From: a virus
DNA length: 41,549 nt
Virus record (IMG/VR): IMGVR_UViG_3300045988_064955
Direction: 5' to 3' (one strand)
The position numbers and the translations under genes were made by a program. Of this stretch, positions 30,915-38,707 are shown piece by piece; position 1 is the stretch's first letter; every line of letters starts with the position of its first letter. The notes under the pieces were generated by a model. That model had not been told where the DNA came from. It did not search any database and saw only the letters and a list, made by a program, of their open reading frames with translations.

Positions 30915-31463
30915 TCAGGCGCGTTGTTCCGCGTACTCGAAGGCGAAGCCTTGGTGATGTTTCTGTCTACCGATGAGACATTTAGACACGGTTCCGCGAT
31001 TCAGTCCGAGAAGTTCGGCCGCTTTCTTAATGCTACCGAAGCAGTAGTGGTGTCCCGAAGGCGCTATAACGTAGATAGGTTTTTCTTGCACGCGTGCTAT
31101 TGCTTTTCCCGCTTTCTCATTTCGAGTACCGTAGTTGATGTTGTAGCTATGTGAACACCACTCAAGATTAGATACTTTATTGTTTGTTATATTTTCGTCT
31201 TTATGGTTGATTTCCGGTAAACCATTCGGGTTGCTTATGAACTCTCCAGCGACCAAGCGATGAACTAGACAATATTTAACTTTTCTGTCTCGGTGTAAAT
31301 CAACCAAAAGATACCCGCCACTATTTAAGCTGTTAGCAAGTACCTTCCCTTTTCTGTGCTGTCCTCGCATATCAACACGGTCAACGCTTCGTACACGCCC
31401 ATAATTGCTTACTTGATAATAGCCTTCGTAGCCCTTGACGTCCTTCCAGACTTCTTTATCCAT
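30915..31463 (-). CDS. Free-standing HNH homing endonuclease (NUMOD4 + HNH_3 type), copy 2
   Basis: KEVWKDVKGYEGYYQVSNYGRVRSVDR and LVHRLVAGEF..INHKDENITNNKVSNLEW. The ATG at 31463 follows AAAGGGGTG. It is inserted between the HNHc-like gene and ssb. Confidence 0.85.
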   Translation of the reverse strand: MDKEVWKDVKGYEGYYQVSNYGRVRSVDRVDMRGQHRKGKVLANSLNSGGYLLVDLHRDRKVKYCLVHRLVAGEFISNPNGLPEINHKDENITNNKVSNLEWCSHSYNINYGTRNEKAGKAIARVQEKPIYVIAPSGHHYCFGSIKKAAELLGLNRGTVSKCLIGRQKHHQGFAFEYAEQRA

Positions 31464-31476
31464 GTTTAACACCCCT

Positions 31477-32145
31477 TTAATTCACCTTATAGCGTGGTTG
31501 TATTACTTTTAGTTCGTCAGCAGTTAGCTTCACTGGCACAATGTGGTACTTCTGAACAAAACTCTCAATGCCGATTGTATGCTGCTCCACGTGGTGAATG
31601 CGGCATAGGCTCATGTACCTGAACTTTGTTTCGTCAATTCTGTTGCGATTGCGCCCCATGCCAACCGCCTCGTAATGTGCCAAGTCAGCGGGATTTCCAC
31701 AGATAACACACTTTCTGAAACGGAGGCAGAACCATTGGCGTGCATAGTCGTTGGGTATCATGTCCCACGTCTTCGTCTTGAATGGCACATCGTTGCGGAA
31801 GCAAAACTCTAAAATCGTGTAGATCATGTTGCTGGCAGTTGTCATCGAACAGTCACTCAGTGAATATGGTTCAATTGCAAAAATCTCACGCGTATACGAC
31901 TTCATGAGGCATTCGATCATGTCAACCGTGTCACCGTTCCAGTCTGATATGTCATGCATCAGAGCAAATATCTTTTTGCGCTGATCTGGGCTTATATGGC
32001 GCCCGTCCTCGACTTCTAACTCAATCGATGGTCGTTTACCCGCGGCAAGCTTAGACAGCGTATACAAGCTCACAGAGTCATCAGCAGTGATAGTAATCTG
32101 CTGGCCTGAAAGCTTATCCAGCCTGCCGTTTATCTTCATGCTCAT
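31477..32145 (-). CDS. Putative HNHc-type nuclease (recombination-module associated)
   Basis: The C-terminal CVICGNPADLAHYEAVGMGRNR..LCRIHHVEQHTIG resembles the HNHc_6-like family found next to ERF/SSB in Firmicutes phages. Confidence 0.6.
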   Translation of the reverse strand: MSMKINGRLDKLSGQQITITADDSVSLYTLSKLAAGKRPSIELEVEDGRHISPDQRKKIFALMHDISDWNGDTVDMIECLMKSYTREIFAIEPYSLSDCSMTTASNMIYTILEFCFRNDVPFKTKTWDMIPNDYARQWFCLRFRKCVICGNPADLAHYEAVGMGRNRNRIDETKFRYMSLCRIHHVEQHTIGIESFVQKYHIVPVKLTADELKVIQPRYKVN

Positions 32146-32897
32146 TCACGTTCGCCACCTGCCAACTTTCTGAGTTCTGCTTCAAGCAAGTTTTTGACAC
32201 CAGCAGCGGCTTTAGGAGTCAATGTTTCAACACTCGTTGCTTTGCTGCCGAATTTTGCATTCGCTAAGCCTATCCATATTTCAGCAAGTTCATTAACCGT
32301 TTTTGGCTTTGGCTCGCCTTTTTTGTTAGTGGCCGGCAAAGCTTTAAACTGTTGAACCATCATGTCTTTGATAGCTTTAACGGTTGCGTGATCAAGAATG
32401 GCACTTGGCCGAATAGACTGCTTGTTTTTGGTTATTGGACCATTGCTTGCTGAGCTGTCATTTGCATCAGGGTCAGAGTCTTCGGTGTCAGTAATGTTGA
32501 ACATCTGCTTGTAAAAATACTTTTGCGCTGAAGTGCTGGCCTTGACCATGGCTTTTTCGCCAGTGTCCTGACCGCTGCCCGGGATGGTAAATGTCATCTC
32601 ATCATGACCATCAGTGACAGTGAATGTTCCCATCAAATCAACAAAGTGATTATTGCCACCTTTGCCCGTTGTGCGATCATACTGGTTGACAATCTCATAA
32701 CTGAATTTGATGACCAGACCGGCTTTGATCAGTGCCGGTTTCACAGCATCTTTGATGGCGCCTTCGCTCTGAAAACTATAATGTTGAAACGAGTTTTGAC
32801 CATCTTTCTTGATAACACCAACAGCCTGCTGGGCTATCAAAATGCGGTCAACAAGAGACAACTGATTGTCTGATGTTTCATTGTCATTCTTCTCCAT
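32142..32897 (-). CDS. ERF-family single-strand annealing recombinase
   Basis: ..LIAQQAVGVIKKDGQNSFQHYSFQSEGAIKDAVKPALIKAGL.. and ..GEKAMVKASTSAQKYFYKQMF fit the ERF pattern. Confidence 0.85.
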   Translation of the reverse strand: MEKNDNETSDNQLSLVDRILIAQQAVGVIKKDGQNSFQHYSFQSEGAIKDAVKPALIKAGLVIKFSYEIVNQYDRTTGKGGNNHFVDLMGTFTVTDGHDEMTFTIPGSGQDTGEKAMVKASTSAQKYFYKQMFNITDTEDSDPDANDSSASNGPITKNKQSIRPSAILDHATVKAIKDMMVQQFKALPATNKKGEPKPKTVNELAEIWIGLANAKFGSKATSVETLTPKAAAGVKNLLEAELRKLAGGERE

Positions 32898-32907
32898 TGC
32901 CGTCCTC

Positions 32908-33399
32908 CTACTTAATCAATAAATGTTCACCGCGTGGCTTAAGCTCAGCACCCAGCACTTTTTCTCCGGATTCTAATCGTTCTCGAATCTTGTCAGTATC
33001 TGGTTCGCGTTTTACCTTGAATACATCAGCCTGCAAATTGTCTTGATCGATGTAAATTGGCTGTTTTCCGCCATTCTTAGCAACACTGATAGTAAATAGC
33101 GGTGTCTTTATTTTGCGTTGATTAGTTTCGTTCATTGCTTCAACCAACCGCTGTGAAATAGTACCGAGGTTAGATTGGTAAGCTTTAATCCGTGCTTCGA
33201 AACGGTCACGTTCTTTTTTGTTAGCTTCAATATCGGCCTTGATTTGGCGAATAACCCGTGCATATCCTTCGGCTTTGTCATTAATTGCATCCACGATTGA
33301 ATCCATGGTGTCAGCTAATACTTCGGGATCAGTTGTCCCATCTTCAGCTAGTTCTAATAAACTCGCATATTTTCCTTGTAAGTCGTATAATGTTGACAT
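32908..33399 (-). CDS. Siphovirus Gp157 family protein
   Basis: MSTLYDLQGKYASLLELAED..DKAEGYARVIRQIKADIEANKKERDRF..KTPLFTISV is the classic Gp157 pattern. Confidence 0.85.
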   Translation of the reverse strand: MSTLYDLQGKYASLLELAEDGTTDPEVLADTMDSIVDAINDKAEGYARVIRQIKADIEANKKERDRFEARIKAYQSNLGTISQRLVEAMNETNQRKIKTPLFTISVAKNGGKQPIYIDQDNLQADVFKVKREPDTDKIRERLESGEKVLGAELKPRGEHLLIK

Positions 33400-33416
33400 A
33401 ATAAGTTTCCTTTCTA

Positions 33417-33623
33417 TCAGTCGTTGGTGTGCATACCAGCGGCTTTTTTCATGGCTTGTTTGATAATGAATAGGATTGCGTGTGCACCATCTTCTTGACC
33501 CATGGCGTACGTTTGATGGGGGTCTGTGTTGTTCGGCCCATAATCAGCAGCAACCTTGCGATATTTGGCGATCTGGCGGTTCGCTGCGGCTAGAATTCGT
33601 TCGTATTCCTCATTGGTCATCAC
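33417..33623 (-). CDS. Hypothetical protein
   Basis: ORF track entry (68 aa). The start is the GTG at 33623 or the ATG at 33620. Confidence 0.5.
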   Translation of the reverse strand: MMTNEEYERILAAANRQIAKYRKVAADYGPNNTDPHQTYAMGQEDGAHAILFIIKQAMKKAAGMHTND

Positions 33624-33624
33624 G

Positions 33625-33777
33625 TCATCCCCTTAGTTTTGCTAGTCGTGCACGTAGCTTCTCGTTCTCGACAAGCAACATCTTTGCAATTGGTGTGTGG
33701 TTGCCACGAATGCTGTCTAACGTCAATTCGTTATGCTCTTTCAGCAAATCACCAATGGTACGTTCTGCTTCATTCAA
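33625..33777 (-). CDS. Possible 50-aa coiled-coil protein (TTG start)
   Basis: GGAGG lies 7 nt before the TTG. The product reads NEAERTIGDLLKEHNELTLDSIRGNHTPIAKMLLVENEKLRARLAKLRG and fills the gap. Coordinates are hand-derived. Confidence 0.35.
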   Translation of the reverse strand: MNEAERTIGDLLKEHNELTLDSIRGNHTPIAKMLLVENEKLRARLAKLRG

Positions 33778-33862
33778 TCCACTGCCTCCAATTTCCGCTG
33801 TGGCCTAAGCAGTGACCAACGATCACGCCGAAGCCACCAGCAATTAGTAAATAACCAATCAT
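33770..33862 (-). CDS. Possible 30-aa membrane peptide
   Basis: TAATG overlap with the upstream stop. The product reads MIGYLLIAGGFGVIVGHCLGHSGNWRQWIE. Coordinates are hand-derived. Confidence 0.3.
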   Translation of the reverse strand: MIGYLLIAGGFGVIVGHCLGHSGNWRQWIE

Positions 33863-34218
33863 TATTTGCCCTTCTCTCTAAGCGACCTTGAAATCTCTGG
33901 GAACCATTTATCTAAGAAGTCGAGCCATGGTTTCGGATGAAACAGATACCCCTTTTTGCCAGGCGGTGGATATGAAACCACGGTATCTTGCAAGAACTTG
34001 TGGAAGCGTGGGACGTTCAAGATATTGTTAACTACCCACGTGTTGTTATGCCCTTCGACATAGCTTGTTGCGGTTGTGAGCGTCCACATGCCTCGTGCTG
34101 CTAGCTTGCGTTTTAACTCTTGGTTCTCCTCAATCATCTTTGCTAGTTCTTCTTCTTCAACCGCTAAATACTTTTTGCTTGAAATCTGATCATCTTCAAC
34201 AACCTGCAACAACGGCAT
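33862..34218 (-). CDS. DUF771-like protein (possible excisionase-type DNA-binding protein)
   Basis: ..WTLTTATSYVEGHNNTWVVNNILNVPRFHKFLQ..YLFHPKPWLDFLDKWF resembles DUF771 as I recall it. Confidence 0.45.
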   Translation of the reverse strand: MPLLQVVEDDQISSKKYLAVEEEELAKMIEENQELKRKLAARGMWTLTTATSYVEGHNNTWVVNNILNVPRFHKFLQDTVVSYPPPGKKGYLFHPKPWLDFLDKWFPEISRSLREKGK

Positions 34219-34265
34219 GGCATTTCCTCCTTTCCAGTGGATATTTTTGGCGTTTGGGCTCCAAT

Positions 34266-34991
34266 TTAGACAGCCTCCTTAGCTCGCTTCAGCTCATCGG
34301 CAATAGCCTTAACGCCCTGATCGAAGTACATCCATTGAGGGACTTCTTTGTCGCTGTGTTGAGACTTGCTGTTAGCCCATCGCCCGTATTCGTTTTGCCC
34401 TGGTTGTTCGGCCTTAATTCCCAGTCGGTTAGCAATGCGGCCAACCATCTGTCCAGATGATGCGTGAACCTTTCTGGCTACCTCACCGGCGCTGTATTCC
34501 TTTTTAAGTAGTACCGGAATAGTCATCTCACCGGTGATCGATTCGGCTGCTTTCGCAAGCAACGACTGTTTAGCTGTTTCTGATGTCGTCTTGCATGCAA
34601 TTTTGTATAAAGCGTTGGCCTTTGCGGTATTAGCACGAGTGACTGCAAGATCGGCTTGAGCAACCGGATCAAGTTTCCCGGCTGGCAGACGTTTCAGCGT
34701 AGCCTCCATACTATTGAATGCCTGGATGTACTTAATCTTGAACTGAAGTGCTTTCTTACCGGTGAAGCCCATAGCCAGCAATGTGAAACCGTCACGATTC
34801 ATGTAGTACATTGGATATTGCTTACCACGGTTGTCATACGTTGCCTCGGCAAAAAATTTGGCGGCTGATTTTTCAGCTGCGAGATTTTCGATAGACTGAA
34901 TTACGTTTTTGTGGTCTTTTCCAAATACCTCGGCCACACGCAAGCTGGTTGTTACCGCTTGTTTGTTGTGCATAATTACTAATTCGTTCAT
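34266..34991 (-). CDS. Rha-family phage regulatory protein / antirepressor
   Basis: N-terminus ..AVTTSLRVAEVFGKDHKNVIQSIENL fits the pRha domain. It is the second gene of the early lytic operon. Confidence 0.75.
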   Translation of the reverse strand: MNELVIMHNKQAVTTSLRVAEVFGKDHKNVIQSIENLAAEKSAAKFFAEATYDNRGKQYPMYYMNRDGFTLLAMGFTGKKALQFKIKYIQAFNSMEATLKRLPAGKLDPVAQADLAVTRANTAKANALYKIACKTTSETAKQSLLAKAAESITGEMTIPVLLKKEYSAGEVARKVHASSGQMVGRIANRLGIKAEQPGQNEYGRWANSKSQHSDKEVPQWMYFDQGVKAIADELKRAKEAV

Positions 34992-35233
34992 ACCGTCATC
35001 CCCTTTCGTTCTCTATCGGGAACGTTATTTGTAAAAAAAAGATCAAGTTGATTGGTGCCATACCCCAAAATGCTGGCCATTTTTACTAATTCGGTAGCGC
35101 TGATTGTTGTAATACCATTCTCACGCTTAGCATACGAAGAGCGGGTATGCCATCCCATAGCTTTTGCCATTTCGTCTTGATTCATTCCTTTTGCGATACG
35201 TTCAGCACGAAGACGCTTTAAATTTAGTGTCAT
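34988..35233 (-). CDS. Cro-like XRE-family HTH regulator
   Basis: The ATG at 35233 follows AAAGGAGG. MTLNLKRLRAERIAKGMNQDEMAKAMGWHTRSSYAKRENG. It is divergent from the CI gene. Confidence 0.8.
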   Translation of the reverse strand: MTLNLKRLRAERIAKGMNQDEMAKAMGWHTRSSYAKRENGITTISATELVKMASILGYGTNQLDLFFTNNVPDRERKGMTV

Positions 35234-35271
35234 TGTATTGCCTCCTTTCGTTTCCTTTTGGGAACATCTAA

Positions 35272-35300
35272 AGAATATCATCCGCGTTCCCATGTGTCAA
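35272..35300 (-). promoter_or_regulatory. Early lytic promoter (P_R-like)
   Basis: - sense TTGACA (35300..35295), 17-nt spacer, TATTCT (35277..35272). The GTTCCC / GGGAAC operator-like half-sites lie in the spacer and just downstream. Confidence 0.65.
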
Positions 35301-35346
35301 CGATTATTTCAAAAAAATATTCAGATATTGTTTTTTGGTGCCCCTA

Positions 35347-35375
35347 TTGTGCACAATCGGGAACGGTGTTAAAAT
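35347..35375 (+). promoter_or_regulatory. Repressor promoter (P_RM-like)
   Basis: TTGTGC-N17-TGtTAAAAT. The -35 lies inside the 12-bp palindrome ATTGTGCACAAT (35346..35357). It sits about 20 nt upstream of the cI ATG. Confidence 0.6.
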
Positions 35376-35394
35376 CATTCTTGAGGTGAGATAC

Positions 35395-36069
35395 ATGAAA
35401 ACAAATGATGAAATAATCAAGACTTTGAATGATCTTCGCAACCGTGAAGGGATTTCAATCAGTGAACTAGCACGCCGTGTTGACATGGCAAAATCGTCTG
35501 TGTCTCGCTACTTCAATGGAACGCGTGAGTTTCCATTAAACTATGTTGATAAATTTGCAAGTGCTTTACACACAACTCCGGAAAGCCTAATAGGAGTTTC
35601 TCCTGTAGATCCTTTTAAAGTCAAAAAACTAAATGTTCACTCTTATCCATACATTCCCGCTGATATATCGGCTGGAATCTTGTGCAATGTCGATCCGCTA
35701 ACTTCCGATGACGTTGAAACGATTCAACTGCCAGATAGTGTTATGGGAAGATATGCCGGAGACAGTAGCATATTAATGATGCATGTTAATGGCGAATCAA
35801 TGAACCAAACAATTCCTGATGGTTCTTTAATAGCAGTCAAACAGTACAACGACATTCAAGACCTTAAAGACGGCGACATTGTTGTATTTGCAGATGATGG
35901 TGACTACGCAGTCAAATATTTCTATAATGATCGTCAAAAGCAGATTGTTACCTTCATTCCGGATTCAACTGACAAAAGATTTAGCCCCATCATGTACACA
36001 TACGAAGACCTTGAAGAAGAGAACATCAACATCATTGGCAAGGTAGTCGTGTACACGGTAGTTCTATAA
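35395..36069 (+). CDS. cI: CI-type repressor (HTH_XRE + S24 LexA-like autopeptidase)
   Basis: The ATG at 35395 follows GAGGTGA. HTH ..ISISELARRVDMAKSSVSRYFNG. The S24 part has GESM (Ser) and AVKYF (Lys). Confidence 0.88.
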   Translation: MKTNDEIIKTLNDLRNREGISISELARRVDMAKSSVSRYFNGTREFPLNYVDKFASALHTTPESLIGVSPVDPFKVKKLNVHSYPYIPADISAGILCNVDPLTSDDVETIQLPDSVMGRYAGDSSILMMHVNGESMNQTIPDGSLIAVKQYNDIQDLKDGDIVVFADDGDYAVKYFYNDRQKQIVTFIPDSTDKRFSPIMYTYEDLEEENINIIGKVVVYTVVL

Positions 36070-36125
36070 AATCTCACGTCCAAACTCTGATCGACGTTAA
36101 AAGCTGAATTTTTTGGAGGGGAATA

Positions 36126-36803
36126 ATGAAACTACTTATCTTAATTGCCTTTTTAGGATCGCTCCTATTGGCTGCAATATTTGGCACATTGTCTATAGTT
36201 CAAAGAAAGGATCCGAGAAAACTAAAGCGGAACCTTATTATTACCGCATTGTCGGCGGTAGCATTTATTGCAATCTTTTTTTGGATTGGTACCTACTCGG
36301 GAGAAAGCAAGAGGTCAGCTGCGTCTAGTTCGTCTTCAAAAGCTGAATCGTCAAAGGTCGAGTCGTCACAAGATGATGATGACAGTTACGAAGACACTGA
36401 TAGCGATGACTCTGATGATGAAGAATCATCAAGCACAGAAACATTCAACGCAGCTGACTACAACACTGGGATCACTTATGAACAGTTGGCACGGACTCCA
36501 GACGACTACAAGGGCAAGAACATCACTTTAACAGGCGAAGTTATTCAAGTTGTTGAGGGTGACGATGAAACTGATTTGCGTGTTGCAGTTGATGGTAATT
36601 ATGACAATGTAATTATGGTCGGTTATGATCCAGATATTATGAACGGCTCTCGCATTCTAGAAAATGACAAGATCACCTTCTATGCTGAAAGCTTGGGTAC
36701 CACCACTTACAAATCTACCATGGGTGGCAAAATCACAGTTCCATTGGCTTTGGCCAAGAAGATTGATGACGCCGGAACCGCTCCCGACGACTATGGTGAT
36801 TAG
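36126..36803 (+). CDS. Membrane-anchored protein, candidate superinfection-exclusion factor
   Basis: Two N-terminal TM helices, a Ser/Asp-rich acidic linker and a ~110-aa beta-rich C-terminal domain. It occupies the classic sie/ltp position between repressor and integrase. Confidence 0.55.
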   Translation: MKLLILIAFLGSLLLAAIFGTLSIVQRKDPRKLKRNLIITALSAVAFIAIFFWIGTYSGESKRSAASSSSSKAESSKVESSQDDDDSYEDTDSDDSDDEESSSTETFNAADYNTGITYEQLARTPDDYKGKNITLTGEVIQVVEGDDETDLRVAVDGNYDNVIMVGYDPDIMNGSRILENDKITFYAESLGTTTYKSTMGGKITVPLALAKKIDDAGTAPDDYGD

Positions 36804-36860
36804 TCCCTTTCCCCACGCAAGCGGCGTCCCCGTGCAAGCCGGAGAGTGGGGCTGGATACA

Positions 36861-36906
36861 AAATAAAAAGCGCCTACCCCACCGACCAAAGTGAACGGGT
36901 AGACGC
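36861..36906 (-). terminator. - sense terminator between the sie candidate and int
   Basis: - sense GCGUCUACCC ..16 nt.. GGGUAGGCGC uuuuuauuuu. One G:U pair forms only in the - sense. Confidence 0.45.
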
Positions 36907-36974
36907 CTTATGGATCAATGACTGTGTGGTGGGTGCAATAGCACCTGTTTGTATTGTAGCACAAGGAGGTATGA

Positions 36975-38105
36975 ATGATGGCCAGCATTAGTAAACGTGG
37001 CAAAAAATGGCAATATCGTGTCTCTTACAAGGATAATGATGGAACACGCAAGTATGTCAACAAGGGTGGCTTCCCCTCAAAAAAAGCTGCTGATATAGCG
37101 GCAATCGAAGTCGAACGTCAGCATAATCGCGGTGCAAATTTGGATCTTAACAAGATAACGTTAATCGACTACTGGGACAAATGGATTGAGCTGTACAAAT
37201 CTGGTAAGCATTCTCGTATCACCGAAGCCCGGTATAAAACAATTCGTAAACAGTTATTAGCCTATTGGGGCGAAAGCCGTGAACTAAAATCAATTTCAAA
37301 ATCAGACTGGCAGGGATTTATCAATGAGTTTGGCAAAAAAAGGGCTAAAGATACAGTCAGCAAATTGAATGGCTATGTTCGCTCAATGGCTGATTCTGCC
37401 GTCGATGACCAAATAATATATACTAACTTCACTCATAACGTTGTCCTCACTGGTAATGAAGGCCAAGCAGGAATCATCAAATATTTGCAAGTAAAGGATT
37501 TGCGCAAGCTCGTCAATTACTGCCTAGAATTTGCAGACTACGAGCATATTGCTTACTACATCATCGCAACCGGGGCACTGACCGGAGCTAGGTATTCTGA
37601 AGTTCTTGGGCTAACGTGGGATCATGTTGATCTTAAAAAGCGCGTTGTGCACATTACCAGAACGTGGGATCACAGATATGGCAGCGGCTTTGCTGCTACT
37701 AAGAACAAATCAAGTGTACGTGACATCGACATCACGAGAGAACTTGCAGACTTGCTTTTACGTCTCAAGAAAGAACAGCAAGAGGTCTACCTTGCTCAGG
37801 GATATCGTGATAGCAAACAACTATTATTTCGTAGCATACGGCATAACATGCTATCGAGCACGGCAATTAATAAGGATCTAAGGACGATCGAGAAGACTCT
37901 CGACATTTCCCCCGCGATTACTTTCCATGGGCTTAGACACACTCACGTTTCCTATTTGATTGCCAATCACGTTGACATTAACTATATTTCAAGAAGACTT
38001 GGGCATGCCAATACAATGATCACTCAAAAAGTCTACGCTCATCTTCTTGAAGATCAAAGAAAAGAGCAGGTATCCCAGACGCTACAAGCACTTTCGAGAC
38101 TTTAG
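36975..38105 (+). CDS. int: Tyrosine integrase
   Basis: RBS AAGGAGG. SAM-like N-terminus and catalytic-domain pattern ..TGARYSEVLGLTW.., ..HGLRHTHVSYL.., ..LGHANTMITQKVYAHL. Confidence 0.92.
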   Translation: MMASISKRGKKWQYRVSYKDNDGTRKYVNKGGFPSKKAADIAAIEVERQHNRGANLDLNKITLIDYWDKWIELYKSGKHSRITEARYKTIRKQLLAYWGESRELKSISKSDWQGFINEFGKKRAKDTVSKLNGYVRSMADSAVDDQIIYTNFTHNVVLTGNEGQAGIIKYLQVKDLRKLVNYCLEFADYEHIAYYIIATGALTGARYSEVLGLTWDHVDLKKRVVHITRTWDHRYGSGFAATKNKSSVRDIDITRELADLLLRLKKEQQEVYLAQGYRDSKQLLFRSIRHNMLSSTAINKDLRTIEKTLDISPAITFHGLRHTHVSYLIANHVDINYISRRLGHANTMITQKVYAHLLEDQRKEQVSQTLQALSRL

Positions 38106-38106
38106 C

Positions 38107-38125
38107 TTGTGCACATTTTGTGCAC
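38107..38125. repeat. Arm-type repeat 1: TTGTGCACATTTTGTGCAC
   Basis: 18/19 identical to 38278..38296. Each copy holds two TGTGCA(C/T) half-sites. The related palindrome ATTGTGCACAAT sits in the cI promoter. Confidence 0.7.
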
Positions 38126-38155
38126 CGGAGGAAAAAAACAACCGAAAATAAAAGG

Positions 38156-38196
38156 AAACAAAAATCCCGGAATGCCTTTATACCAGCATTCCGGGA
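38156..38196 (-). terminator. - sense terminator in the attP region
   Basis: Perfect 11-bp stem TCCCGGAATGC/GCATTCCGGGA (38165..38196). The U-run follows only in the - sense (plus strand aaacaaaaa at 38156..38164). Confidence 0.55.
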
Positions 38197-38277
38197 AGCT
38201 ATAGAAAGCATCTAGAAGCATAAAAACGGAGAGTAAGTGCGAAAACAAACGCATATATAATAGTAGAAAACAACTTT

Positions 38278-38296
38278 TTGTGCATATTTTGTGCAC
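38278..38296. repeat. Arm-type repeat 2: TTGTGCATATTTTGTGCAC
   Basis: See repeat 1. The copies are spaced 171 bp apart. Confidence 0.7.
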
Positions 38297-38410
38297 AAAA
38301 ATAAGCCTCCCTGAGCAAAGGAGGCAGAACGGCAAGGCCTTACAGGCTGACTAAAATATTTAGTTGCTTACGTATCTTATTTTACAGCATTATGTCCATG
38401 CTTCAAAGCA

Positions 38411-38456
38411 ACAAAAAAAGTCCTCCACCCGCATTAGCGAGCAGAGGGCCTTTTTG
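38411..38456. terminator. Bidirectional terminator closing the lysis operon
   Basis: A7 - imperfect GC-rich hairpin (GTCCTCCACCCGC..GCAGAGGGCC) - T5. Its 3' arm CAGAGGGCCTTTTTG is identical to 21805..21819. Confidence 0.55.
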
Positions 38457-38489
38457 CGTGTTTAATTCAAACACGCATTCGGGACCAAT

Positions 38490-38693
38490 CTAATCAATCA
38501 TTGCAACGTCGCCCATGAATACAAGCGAATTGCTTATTGGATCGTAGGTCATATTCCATCCTTCTTCAATTGGCCTATCCTCAAGATTACCGCATACATG
38601 CACGGTCGCATTGGAAGGAAACTTTTTCAATAACTCAATGAGGTCAGACAGACTGTAAATGCCATCTTCTGGTAATAGTGTGTAATCATCCAT
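38490..38693 (-). CDS. Hypothetical 67-aa protein at the attP-proximal end of the lysis operon
   Basis: ORF track entry, followed by terminators. No motif I recognise. Confidence 0.5.
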   Translation of the reverse strand: MDDYTLLPEDGIYSLSDLIELLKKFPSNATVHVCGNLEDRPIEEGWNMTYDPISNSLVFMGDVAMID

Positions 38694-38707
38694 TTCGATT
38701 CCTCCTG

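Larger units (their letters stand above)
38106..38489. other. attP region (core not identified)
   Basis: 384-bp non-coding stretch immediately 3' of int. It contains the paired arm-like repeats and three hairpins. No tRNA-like core is visible here. Confidence 0.55.

Noticed and set aside
35304-35486. 60-aa - strand ORF across the cI/cro intergenic switch
   Set aside because: It overlaps both promoters and the cI start on the opposite strand and has no RBS. The region is better explained as regulatory DNA.
38020-38335. Track ORFs 38020..38211 (-) and 38102..38335 (-) in the attP region
   Set aside because: They are built from the arm repeats and hairpins (VHKMCTS / VHKICTK are just the repeated TGTGCAC motif). 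Their products are Phe/Leu/Cys-rich and they have no RBS.
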